A stretch of DNA of 64,000 bases from the NCBI GenBank assembly GCA_963743525.1, contig CAVUQH010000004.1, forward strand, positions 224,001-288,000, read 5' to 3'. Source of the DNA: an uncultured delta proteobacterium. Lineage in GTDB: Bacteria > Myxococcota_A > Polyangia > Haliangiales > Haliangiaceae. Of this stretch, positions 27,886 to 41,883 are shown one piece after another. The translations under genes and the position numbers were made by a program. The notes beneath the pieces are model-generated. The model was not told where the DNA came from. It was given only the letters and a program-made list of their open reading frames with translations, and searched no databases. Position 1 is the first letter of the stretch, and every line of letters starts with the position of its first letter.

Positions 27886-30300
27886 CTACTTCGGTCCGCA
27901 GTTGCTGACGGCCACCTGCGGGCTGTCGTTGTTGTCCTCGCGGCACTCGTTGAACGTCCGATTGTTCGGGTCGATGAGAATGCGCGCGATGAACATGTCG
28001 GTGCTGTCGGCCATTCCGACAGGGATGGTGAAGTCGAGGACCTGCGTCTGGCTGGGCAGCAGCGGCTGGGTCGTGGCCACGGTGCCGACCTGGGTCTCGG
28101 TGCCGCTCTTGACCACGAAGATCCCCACCTGCACGCCCGCCGGCAGGCCGGCGAGGCCGATGTTGCGCACCGACACGTGGACCACCACCGGCGAGGTGCA
28201 GTCGGCGGTCAGCGACAGCGTCGCGTCGGGTGCGTCGAACACACCCTTGTCCTGGACGTTCTGCCGGAAGTTGTTCAGCCACGACTGGTCCCAGTTGTCC
28301 TTCTCGTGGGCGGGAATGGAGCCGTAGACGTTGGGCGGATCGCACGCGCTGTCGCGCGAGTCGCAGATGTTGGTGACGTGGTAGGCGTGCTGGTTCCACA
28401 GCGTGCGCGTGCCGACCCACGAGTTTTCCTTGTCGCCCCACACGGTGATGCCGCGGTAGGCGGGCGCGCCCGGCGGTGCGGTCCACGCCACGTGCGGGTA
28501 GCTGGGGTCGTTGCTCACCTGGTTCCACGGCGCGACGTCGCACTCCCAGCCGGTCGAGCTCGGATCGGCGCCGTTGGAGATCATCAGGATCTCGGCGTGG
28601 CCGTCGCCATCGACGTCGGCGACGACGGACGCCTCCGTGCCGGTGAACGAGGTGGTCGGCTCGGTGAGCACCACGTGGCCGTTCTGGCCGTCGAACACCC
28701 ACAGGAAGCACTCGTCGTTGTAGACCACCTCGGCGCGACCATCGCCCTGGAAGTCGAACACGCTCGAGCCGGTCACCGACGACGAGAAGTCGTGGTTGGG
28801 CGCGTTCCACTGGACGTCGATGCGGTTCGCCGTGTAGTTGGGCTTGAACATGGCGTAGTAGTTGGCCTGCGCCACACCGATCTCCGGTTTCTTGTCGCCG
28901 TCGAAATCGGCCACGGTCGGTGGTCCGCCCCGGCCGGTGCCGGGCAGCGCCACCGGCCCCAGCTGGATGTTGCCGGTCGCGCCGTCGAGGATCCACACGC
29001 TGGTCTGGACCAGCACGACCTCGGGGGCGCCGTCGCTGTTGAAATCGCCGACGGCGTTGAAGCCGTCCGGCAACGAGGCGGACTGGTCCCACAACGGGGT
29101 GCCGTCGTAGTTGTATGCGGTGTTGCCGGCGACCAGCTCCTGCTGTCCATTGCCCAGGAGGTCGGCGAAGAACGACAGCTGGTGGCCGTTGCCGCCGCCG
29201 GTGCCGGCGGTGCCACAAAACAGCTGGGTGATGGCGTTGCCCTGGGTGTCGTACACGCAGCGCCCGAACGCGATCTCCGGGTGGCCGTCGCCGTTCATGT
29301 CGGCGATGGCGATGCCGCCGCCCCAGCCCAGGTTGCCCTTGGCCGCCTGGTCCACCGGCTTGTCGCTGGTGCGTTCGACGGTGCCGTCGGCGCTGACCAT
29401 CACGATCTTGCCTTCGCCGGTCAGGGCCACGATGTCGATCGCACCGTCGCCGTCGATGTCGCCCAGCGCCACCGACGCGCCGGCAAAGCCCAGGCTGCCC
29501 GCCTCGGGCCTGGCCAGCGTCCAGATCTCCTGGCCGGTGCGGCCGTCGAGCATGCGCAGCTTGCCCCGCTGGCACGCCGTGGTGCCGTCGGTCTGGGTGT
29601 TGACCGAACCGGCGCACTGGTTGGAGTTGACGTTGCCGGAGACGAAGATCACATCCGGCGGATCGCTCTCGTCGACCTTGCCGTCGCAGTTGGCGTCGTA
29701 GACCCGCGCCACCGTGGGCGTGGACCAGACGTCCGCGGCGTTGGGGTTGGCGACCGGCGGGTTGTCGAGGCCCCACTGCCATTTCTTCACCGCGTTGAGC
29801 ATGCCCAGCGGCGGCCGGTACTCGCAGTTGTCGATGCAGCTGCCGCCGTCGGGCACGCCGCCGTCGGAATCGCAGGTCGGCGGCCGCGGCAGACAGCGGC
29901 CGTTGGTCGGCACCGGCTGCGTGCACGACGCGCCGGCGTCGTTGCCCACGCCCGCATCCGGCGAACCGCTGCCGAGGCCGGTCTCGCAATACTCGTTGGG
30001 CCCGCAATCGGCCTGGCTCTGGCACACGTCTCCGGGGGTGACGCACTGATCGAACAGGCAGACGTCCCCGGTGACGCAGCACTGGTCGCCGCACGCCTGG
30101 GCCGCGCTCGGGCAGCACATGCCGTTCACGCAGACGCCGCCGTCGCACCCGCTGGTCGGGGTGCATTCGGCACCTCCGCCGGAATCGCCCGGAACACCGC
30201 CGTCGGAGACGGTCCCGTTGCCGTTGCCATTCGATCCGCACGCCAGCAGGCCGATCGAGCCGGCCAGCGCGCACGCCAGAGTCCAGGGCGAAAGACGCAT
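27886..30300 (-). CDS. Cys-rich FG-GAP/VCBS-repeat beta-propeller lipoprotein with C-terminal CARDB-like domain
   Basis: Lipobox LLAC; repeated DIDGDG, DMNGDG, DFNSDG, DFDGD and DVDGDG; C-terminal VRNIG...FNECREDNN. Confidence 0.88.
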   Translation of the reverse strand: MRLSPWTLACALAGSIGLLACGSNGNGNGTVSDGGVPGDSGGGAECTPTSGCDGGVCVNGMCCPSAAQACGDQCCVTGDVCLFDQCVTPGDVCQSQADCGPNEYCETGLGSGSPDAGVGNDAGASCTQPVPTNGRCLPRPPTCDSDGGVPDGGSCIDNCEYRPPLGMLNAVKKWQWGLDNPPVANPNAADVWSTPTVARVYDANCDGKVDESDPPDVIFVSGNVNSNQCAGSVNTQTDGTTACQRGKLRMLDGRTGQEIWTLARPEAGSLGFAGASVALGDIDGDGAIDIVALTGEGKIVMVSADGTVERTSDKPVDQAAKGNLGWGGGIAIADMNGDGHPEIAFGRCVYDTQGNAITQLFCGTAGTGGGNGHQLSFFADLLGNGQQELVAGNTAYNYDGTPLWDQSASLPDGFNAVGDFNSDGAPEVVLVQTSVWILDGATGNIQLGPVALPGTGRGGPPTVADFDGDKKPEIGVAQANYYAMFKPNYTANRIDVQWNAPNHDFSSSVTGSSVFDFQGDGRAEVVYNDECFLWVFDGQNGHVVLTEPTTSFTGTEASVVADVDGDGHAEILMISNGADPSSTGWECDVAPWNQVSNDPSYPHVAWTAPPGAPAYRGITVWGDKENSWVGTRTLWNQHAYHVTNICDSRDSACDPPNVYGSIPAHEKDNWDQSWLNNFRQNVQDKGVFDAPDATLSLTADCTSPVVVHVSVRNIGLAGLPAGVQVGIFVVKSGTETQVGTVATTQPLLPSQTQVLDFTIPVGMADSTDMFIARILIDPNNRTFNECREDNNDSPQVAVSNCGPK

Positions 30301-30464
30301 CTACTCCTCGCAATCGACGGACGGTTCCCGCACCGCCCAACGCGGATTCTAGACCCAATCGCCGCAAACACCTAGAACCGCGGCCGCTGCGGCGGTCATC
30401 GTCTGTTTGGCTCCGGCGCCGCGCGGGCTGGCCAGGCGCGGTCGCCGTGGGCTAGCCTCGGCCC

Positions 30465-31244
30465 ATGTTGATGCGGCGCGTGTCGATGGCTCTGGTGTGG
30501 TCGATGATGATGGCGGCCTGGGGCTGCTCCAAGGCGGACGACGGCAAGAAGAAGGCCGAGCCCGCCGCGGCCCCGGTGGAGAAGAAGGAAGCGCCGCCCG
30601 CGCCGACCAAGCCGCCGTTCGACGAGTTCGACAACGCCGGGTTGCAGGAGAAGCTGCAGGGGGTCTGGCTGGTCGACATCCCCGACCCCACCGATCCGGC
30701 GGTGAAGAATCGCCAAGCCTGGGAGATCAGCGGCACCGACGTGACCGTCGATGCGGCCGGCACGCGCTCCACCGGCACCATCTCCATCGACTCGCCGTGC
30801 ACGCTGCAGCTGTCGCTCAACGGCGGCAAGACCGAGAAGCGCTACGACTTCGGCTTCTCCGGCGACGACCTGCACGTCGGCCTGGGCAACGTCGGGCGCA
30901 AGAAGGACGGGCTGGTCATCGGCTGCTTCGCCGACACCTGGTACGTCTACCGCGGACCCGAGAAATGCACCCGCTGGGGCCGCGTGGAGCACAAGTGGGC
31001 CTCCACGCCGGCCAAGTGCAAGCTCGACGAGGCCGGCGGCCAGCTGTCGTTTCGCGCCATCAAGAACGGCGGCGAAACCATCGGCATCTGGGGCTCGGCC
31101 GACGACCTGATGGACGGCGAGCTGCGCAAGCACGCGTCCAAGCACGGCGCCAGCCTCGACAAGGTGGTCAAACAGATCAAGGCGATCGAGAAGGCCGAGG
31201 AAAAGGCCTTGAAGAAGAAGATGAAGATGCGCGGCCAGCGCTAG
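30465..31244 (+). CDS. Hypothetical lipoprotein
   Basis: Lipobox AWGC, Pro/Ala/Lys linker, high GC3. Confidence 0.7.
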   Translation: MLMRRVSMALVWSMMMAAWGCSKADDGKKKAEPAAAPVEKKEAPPAPTKPPFDEFDNAGLQEKLQGVWLVDIPDPTDPAVKNRQAWEISGTDVTVDAAGTRSTGTISIDSPCTLQLSLNGGKTEKRYDFGFSGDDLHVGLGNVGRKKDGLVIGCFADTWYVYRGPEKCTRWGRVEHKWASTPAKCKLDEAGGQLSFRAIKNGGETIGIWGSADDLMDGELRKHASKHGASLDKVVKQIKAIEKAEEKALKKKMKMRGQR

Positions 31245-31253
31245 TCGGTCGCC

Positions 31254-31490
31254 ATGAACGTCAACGTGTTGAAATGTCCGGTCTGCTCCAGCGAGGAGCT
31301 GTCCCCCAAGGGCGACTACGCCTCGTTCGACAACCACGCCCGCTTCCGCGGCATGGGCGGCCAGGGGCTGCTGGGCGACAAAGACCTCACGGCCAGCGCC
31401 AGGCTCGCCCGCGTATGCCTGGACTGCGGCTACCTGCTGCTGTTCGTGAGTGACAGCGAGCGCGCGCGACTCAAAGACGCGGTGGGCTGA
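31254..31490 (+). CDS. Small zinc-ribbon protein
   Basis: CPVC...VCLDCGY. Confidence 0.65.
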   Translation: MNVNVLKCPVCSSEELSPKGDYASFDNHARFRGMGGQGLLGDKDLTASARLARVCLDCGYLLLFVSDSERARLKDAVG

Positions 31491-31513
31491 CCGGCGCCGC
31501 CCCCGAGGGACGG

Positions 31514-32488
31514 CTACTGGCCGAACGTCGTGAGGTACTGCGCGGTGGCGTCCTGCGCCGTCGACAGCGCGGCGCCGATGGCGGCGTTCACGCCGGCGTC
31601 GCCCTGCCAGCAGTCCTCGTGGTCGAACCAGTAGTCGCCGAACGGATCGCAGCGGGCGCCGTAGGCGTATTCGAGGGCGTCGAGCATCATCGGCCACAGC
31701 GCCTTGGAGGCCCGCGCAGTGGCCTGCAGCAGCTGGGCGCGCGTGGCGTGCGGCGCCCCCGACCAGTCGGCGCGGGCGTAGCTGTCCTGCACCTGCATGG
31801 CGTAGCCCTCGAGGTGCGTGTGCAGCCGCAGCGGCCAGTCGGTGGCCGCGAAGTTCGCGGTGTGCATCGGCTGGGTCATGTCGGTCATGTAATGCAGCGA
31901 CAGTCCCAGCTCGTAGCAGCCGTTCCAGGCGTCGCCGTTGGCCAGCTTCGCGTCGGCGTTGGCGGCGTGCTCGAGCGCGCGCTGCTTGGCGACCGGCGAC
32001 GTCTTGCCGCGGTAGTTCTCGCCGCTGTCGGGGTCATAGAAGTGCGACTCCCAGGTGGCGCCGGACAGCGCGATCCGCCATTCGCTCGCGCCCGGGTAGA
32101 GATTCGAGTAGCCGTCGTGGTACGGCGCCTTGTAGTCGGCGTCGAACAGCCCCTGCTGCCAGCGGGACTGGCAGACTGGATCGGTGAGCCGCTCGTAGGC
32201 CGCGGCCGCGCTCGGCTGGTCAGTGTGGCGGGACAGGATGTCGATCGCGCGGTCGACGATCCACAGGTGCGTGCTGCTGGCCTCTTCGCCGGTCAACGCG
32301 GTCTCCCAGCGGATGACGCCGGGAGGCTGGTCGACCTCGGCCGGAACCTCGGCAGCGGGCGATCCGACCTCGACGCCCGGCGCGATACCGGACGGCGACG
32401 AATCCCCATCGGCGAGGCAGCCGGGGAAGAGCAACGCTGCGGAGGAGAGCAAGAAGGCGGGGACGACGAGCGTTCTGTGGGGGGACAT
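31514..32488 (-). CDS. Zinc-dependent phospholipase C (Bacillus cereus PC-PLC / alpha-toxin N-domain family), lipoprotein
   Basis: R-WET...THLWIVDRAIDIL, GLFDADY, SHFYDPD, LGLSLHYMTDMTQPMHTANF and HTHLE line up with the zinc-ligand motifs of this family. Confidence 0.9.
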   Translation of the reverse strand: MSPHRTLVVPAFLLSSAALLFPGCLADGDSSPSGIAPGVEVGSPAAEVPAEVDQPPGVIRWETALTGEEASSTHLWIVDRAIDILSRHTDQPSAAAAYERLTDPVCQSRWQQGLFDADYKAPYHDGYSNLYPGASEWRIALSGATWESHFYDPDSGENYRGKTSPVAKQRALEHAANADAKLANGDAWNGCYELGLSLHYMTDMTQPMHTANFAATDWPLRLHTHLEGYAMQVQDSYARADWSGAPHATRAQLLQATARASKALWPMMLDALEYAYGARCDPFGDYWFDHEDCWQGDAGVNAAIGAALSTAQDATAQYLTTFGQ

Positions 32489-32650
32489 GGCGCGAGCCGT
32501 ATCACAAAACTTCCCCGACCGAGATATCTAAGCGCCATTCATCCGACGAATCGCCACACGACGACTGCGCCGCTGCTCCCTTTGGATTGCACGGGTTCCG
32601 CGGCCTGGCCGAGGGCGGCGACGACAGCAAGTGCCGCCTCGCGGGCTGCA

Positions 32651-32679
32651 CAACGCGTTCAACGTTTTGAACAGCGTTG
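32651..32679. promoter_or_regulatory. Inverted repeat, candidate activator/operator site in a divergent intergenic region
   Basis: CAACGC-GTTCAA-cgtt-TTGAAC-a-GCGTTG (12-bp arms, one bulge). Confidence 0.45.
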
Positions 32680-32745
32680 GACTGTCGCGTGCAGATATTG
32701 AACGTCGCCGGTTCCTCTCGTTCGTGATTTCGCAGCGCTGTGACG

Positions 32746-32761
32746 TGGCGCAGAAGCTGCA
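32746..32761 (+). promoter_or_regulatory. Sigma-54 promoter of the 32792 lipoprotein gene
   Basis: TGGCGCAGAAGCTGCA = GG-N10-GC; the AAGGGGG RBS lies downstream. Confidence 0.6.
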
Positions 32762-32791
32762 ATTGCACAACGGATAAGGGGGATTACCAGC

Positions 32792-33409
32792 ATGACCAGG
32801 CATTTCACCATCTCGCTCTGCGCGCTATTGCTCGCCGGCTGTCTCGACCTGGAGGACGGAGAGATCGACGAGGATGTCGGACAGACCACGCAGGCGCTCA
32901 GCTACAACTACATCACCCAGGGGCAGTTGAACACGGCGGTGGCGCGGGCCAACGGCGGCCTGTACGTCAACGGACGGTACGTCGCGCAAGGCTCCTGCAC
33001 TTACGAGTGGATGTGTTACGCCGACGAATGGGACTGGTGGAACACGCCGTTCGTGTCGTGCACGTCGAGCTACTGGTCCGACACCTGCCTGGGGCCCGGA
33101 GGCAACCCGTTCTACAACTGCAACTGGAGCCGATACCAGCAGGACTACTACGACGGGTTCACGTTCGGCGCGTGCAACTCTTCTGCGTGGGGACAGATCT
33201 TCTCGGGGTCACTGAACTACGGCGGTGGGCTGGCGCCGTTTACCGATCGCTACGACTCGAGGATGAGAGCCTCCGGATTCACCCTCTCCGGCCACCATCC
33301 CTACTACTGCGTGCGGGGAACCGACGGCGTGGTGCGCACGTATCAGGGTCACTCGACGGCCGACAACTGCAGCTCGCACGGCTACTCGCGCCTGTACGTC
33401 GTCCAGTGA
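32792..33409 (+). CDS. Cys/Trp/Tyr-rich hypothetical lipoprotein
   Basis: Lipobox LAGC, acidic segment ending TTQAL, and eight further Cys. Confidence 0.75.
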   Translation: MTRHFTISLCALLLAGCLDLEDGEIDEDVGQTTQALSYNYITQGQLNTAVARANGGLYVNGRYVAQGSCTYEWMCYADEWDWWNTPFVSCTSSYWSDTCLGPGGNPFYNCNWSRYQQDYYDGFTFGACNSSAWGQIFSGSLNYGGGLAPFTDRYDSRMRASGFTLSGHHPYYCVRGTDGVVRTYQGHSTADNCSSHGYSRLYVVQ

Positions 33410-33440
33410 TGCGCTCGCCGCCGGTCTGGTGCGCAAACGG

Positions 33441-34646
33441 CTAGCCGAGGGCGGAGTGGAACTCGGCGGCGCTCTTGGGCCGGTCGCGTGGGTCCTTGGC
33501 CAGGGCAGCCAGGATCATGGCGTCGAGCTCTTTGCTGATGGCCGGGCTCAGCTCGCGCGCTGGACGAGGCGCCTCGGAGCAGTGGGCGAAGCCGATGGCG
33601 ATCGGGTTGTCGCCGGTGAACGGCGGCCGCCCGGTGGCGGCGTGGTAGGTCAACGCGCCCAGCGAGTAGATGTCGCTGCGGGCGTCGACCTCGGCGCCGC
33701 GGACCTGCTCCGGCGACATGTAGAACGGCGTGCCCAGCATGATGCCGGTGGCGGTGAGCGAGGCCATGAACGCGGTCTTGGCCAGGCCGAAGTCGATGAT
33801 CTTGACCGCGTTGCGCGGCCCGATCAGCACGTTCTGCGGCTTGAGGTCGCGGTGGATGACCCCGGCACGGTGGGCGGCGTCGAGGCCGTCGCACACCTGA
33901 CCGATGATGTCGTGCAGGTCCTTGTCGCTCAGCGCGCCGCGGCTGCCAAGATGCTCGGCCAGGGTGCGTCCCGCGAAATACTCCATCGACAGGAACAGCA
34001 GGCCGCCGTTGGCCTCGCCCAGATCGTGGATGCGGATGACGTTGGCGTGCGACACCTTGCGCGCCGCCGACGCCTCGCGGCGGAAACGATCGATGAGCTC
34101 GGTGGTGTCGGTGGCGAACGCCGACGACATCACCTTGAGCGCCACCTCCTCGCCCAGCACTTCGTCGTCGGCCAGGTAGACCGCGCCCATTCCGCCGCGG
34201 CCGAGCAGGCGGCCGATGCGATAGCGGTTGGCCAGCACCATGCCGGCGGTGAGCTCCGGCGCCGTGGTCTGGCGCAGCTCCTCGGCCTTGGCCGCCAGCG
34301 CGTCGGCCGGGCGCCGGCCCGAGGTCAATGTCTGATCGGTGGAGATGTCTTTCTTCGCCGGCTCTGCGCTCGCCGCTCCGTCGCCCGGCGCCGGGGGCAG
34401 CTGGCGGCTGGCGCTGGTCAGCCTGGCGATGCGCAGGTTGAGCTCGTAGTCGACGCTGGTGACGATCGACTCGAGGTTCTCCACCCGCGCCTGCAAGAGC
34501 TTCCGCTCCTTCTCGAGGTTCTCGATCTGCTTGGGATCGCTGTCGCCCTCGAGCGCCTTCTCCTTGAGATCGAAGCGCCGCTTGAGCCAGTAGAACGGCG
34601 GCCCGAAGACCATCAAGATCGCGATGATTCCGACGATGTCGTCCAT
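33441..34646 (-). CDS. Ser/Thr protein kinase with N-terminal TM + coiled coil (PspB/PspC-like)
   Basis: GRGGMGAVY, VALK, HRDLKPQN, DFG and GTPFYMSPE. N-terminal IIAILMVFG...LQARVENLESIVTSVDYEL. Confidence 0.9.
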   Translation of the reverse strand: MDDIVGIIAILMVFGPPFYWLKRRFDLKEKALEGDSDPKQIENLEKERKLLQARVENLESIVTSVDYELNLRIARLTSASRQLPPAPGDGAASAEPAKKDISTDQTLTSGRRPADALAAKAEELRQTTAPELTAGMVLANRYRIGRLLGRGGMGAVYLADDEVLGEEVALKVMSSAFATDTTELIDRFRREASAARKVSHANVIRIHDLGEANGGLLFLSMEYFAGRTLAEHLGSRGALSDKDLHDIIGQVCDGLDAAHRAGVIHRDLKPQNVLIGPRNAVKIIDFGLAKTAFMASLTATGIMLGTPFYMSPEQVRGAEVDARSDIYSLGALTYHAATGRPPFTGDNPIAIGFAHCSEAPRPARELSPAISKELDAMILAALAKDPRDRPKSAAEFHSALG

Positions 34647-34659
34647 GCGCCCCCGCGGT

Positions 34660-37527
<2,868 letters not shown>

Positions 37528-37605
37528 GGCGTGGGCTCCTCGGGCCCCATATACCACGCCCGCCCCACAGCTCGGCAGAGCCGCCGCGCGCCCGCCGCAA
37601 CAGCC

Positions 37606-38186
37606 TCAGGTGAGCCGGGCGAGCAGCTCGGCCGGGGTGGCGGCGGCGGCGCGAACGGCCACCGCCAGCGGCTCCCGCGGCGCGAACGCCGGGCCGATCT
37701 CGACCTCGCCGTCCCCCCACAGGCGGGCGGCGAAGGCGCGCACGGCCGGGGCGAACGCCTGGTACGCGGCGTCGTCTCCGGACGCGGCCCGCCGGCTCAT
37801 CACCGTGATCAGGGCGCGGTCACCGGCAAAGCGAAGGGTGCCGCCCAGGGCCGGCTCGGCCTCGAGCGCGACCGCCGCGCGCAGGAGGTTGCGGAACGCC
37901 TCCTCCAGCTTGCCCTGCGGCTCGCCCAGCGGGTCGCGCTTGCGCGCGTAGACCAGACCGGTGCGCCCGCCCTCGTCCATGCGCCACTGCGCGCCGTCGG
38001 CGATCAGCATGACGCCGGGACCACCGGGGACGTGGCGGTAGTCGGCGACGTCGATCAGCCGGGCGTCGGTGCCCAGTCGATCTTCCTGGATCCACCGGTG
38101 GAAGATCGGGATCAGCGCGGCCTGGTCAACGGTCGCGCCGTCGGCGAGCTCGAGCTTGACCTCGAGCTGCTGCACCTCGGGCGCGC

Positions 38187-38190
<4 letters not shown>
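37606..38190 (-). CDS. Hypothetical protein translationally coupled to the nitrite/sulfite reductase
   Basis: GTG 38190 overlaps the upstream stop (GTGA); IPIFHRWIQ...LIDVADYRHVPGGPGVMLI. Confidence 0.7.
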
Positions 38191-40440
<2,250 letters not shown>

Positions 40441-40582
40441 GGCTGCTCCTTGTCTCTCTGGAACCATTCTTTATCGGAGAACGGGAGATTGTCAAACGCA
40501 AAGATTCCCGTCATCTATGAACGCAACTCGGGCCCTTCCAGGGTTATTCCCCGGTGAATCGTGCGAGTTTACGCGCGACGGC

Positions 40583-41821
40583 TCAGGGAACCGTCCAGGC
40601 CGGTTTTCCCGTGGCCCGGTCGTAGACGAGCAGGTGGCTCCAGCGCGACACCAGAACCCGAGTCGGCGACATTCTGACCGCCGACATCGGGCTGTCCCCC
40701 GCCACCGCGATGTCCCAGCGCCGCTTGCCGTCGGCGCCGAACAGGGTCAGCCGGAAGCGGTGCGTCTTCTTGGTCTCGTAGGCGACCGCCACCCCGTCGC
40801 CGTCAACGGCGACGTCCTGGGCGTCCGGGTCGTCGGCCTTCACGCCCAGCGGATCGCTGGCCGGGACCGTGGCGACCCACGACGGCGTCGTATCGCCCGG
40901 CCGGTACGAGGCGATCATCGGCACCTGCGTGCCCTTCTCCTTGTGGCCGACGGCGATGGTGATGTCGCCGGGCGGGTAGTGGATCGCCTCGTCGGCGTCG
41001 ATGCCCTGCAGGTGACGCGGTGCCTGGTCGCGGAAGTCGTTGTGCCAGGCGTACAGCACCCGGTCGGGGCCGTCGCCGTTGGTCGAGTCGTTGGCCACCG
41101 GCTGGCAGCTGCCGCTCGCCGGCCCCTTGACCGAGCCGTCGGCGACGACGATCTCCTGCATGCGCTCGTCGGCGGTCTCGACCAGAGCCGTGGTGTCGTC
41201 CGCGGCGGCGCAGATCCGCACGACCTTCTCGCTCAGGCGAATCTTCCAGCGGATGGTGCCGTCGGTGGTGGACACGGCCATCAGCTCGCCCGGCGTGCCG
41301 CCGAGCAGCACCGTCTTCCCGACCAGGCCGGAGACCGTGTTGTAGTACTCCGTGTAGGTGCCCAGCGGCTGGGTCTGCCACAGGCGGTGACCGTCGGCGC
41401 CGGAGTACGCCGCCAGGTAGAGCCGGTCCGGCTGCAGCGTCCGGGTGCGGCCCACCGCGTCGGGGTTGCCGTCGCCGTCGACGTCGGCGACGATCACCCC
41501 GTTGACGCCGTTCCACTGGTGCTGGCGCAGCGTGTCGGCCGCGCAGCTGGCGCACGAGCGCCCGGCGACGACGATCGGCACCACGATGCCGGCGAGGATG
41601 CCCAGGCCGGCGACGCAGCCGATGGCGCCCACGGTCCGCTTGGGCACGGCCACCGGCAGCTGCTGCCGCTGCGGCGGAAGCGGCCGGGGAATCTGCAGGA
41701 CCCGCGACCGCCGCTGCACGTACGCCGTGGTGCCGCAGTAGGCGCACGTAGCGGTGTCGCTACCGGCGTCGGCCCGGACGTCGGCACCACAGTTCGGACA
41801 CTTGATGGCGACCGCGCGCAT
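40583..41821 (-). CDS. Zn-ribbon + TM + PQQ-type beta-propeller protein
   Basis: CPNC...CAYC, one TM helix, repeats DGHRLW, DGTIRW, DGKRRW and TGKPAW. Confidence 0.75.
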   Translation of the reverse strand: MRAVAIKCPNCGADVRADAGSDTATCAYCGTTAYVQRRSRVLQIPRPLPPQRQQLPVAVPKRTVGAIGCVAGLGILAGIVVPIVVAGRSCASCAADTLRQHQWNGVNGVIVADVDGDGNPDAVGRTRTLQPDRLYLAAYSGADGHRLWQTQPLGTYTEYYNTVSGLVGKTVLLGGTPGELMAVSTTDGTIRWKIRLSEKVVRICAAADDTTALVETADERMQEIVVADGSVKGPASGSCQPVANDSTNGDGPDRVLYAWHNDFRDQAPRHLQGIDADEAIHYPPGDITIAVGHKEKGTQVPMIASYRPGDTTPSWVATVPASDPLGVKADDPDAQDVAVDGDGVAVAYETKKTHRFRLTLFGADGKRRWDIAVAGDSPMSAVRMSPTRVLVSRWSHLLVYDRATGKPAWTVP

Positions 41822-41883
41822 CTCTACAGCTCGCCCACGATATCACGGGGCGATCGGTAGAGACGCGCGGGCCGCGCGTGTGA

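Noticed and set aside
37528..37605. Glycine riboswitch upstream of gcvP
   Set aside because: The gap is under 80 nt and I could not recognise the aptamer consensus.
40441..40582. Sigma-70 promoter and ACGGGA-N19-TCCCGT operator upstream of the reductase
   Set aside because: TTGACA is present on the minus strand, but the -10 element is poor and the 6-bp arms could occur by chance.
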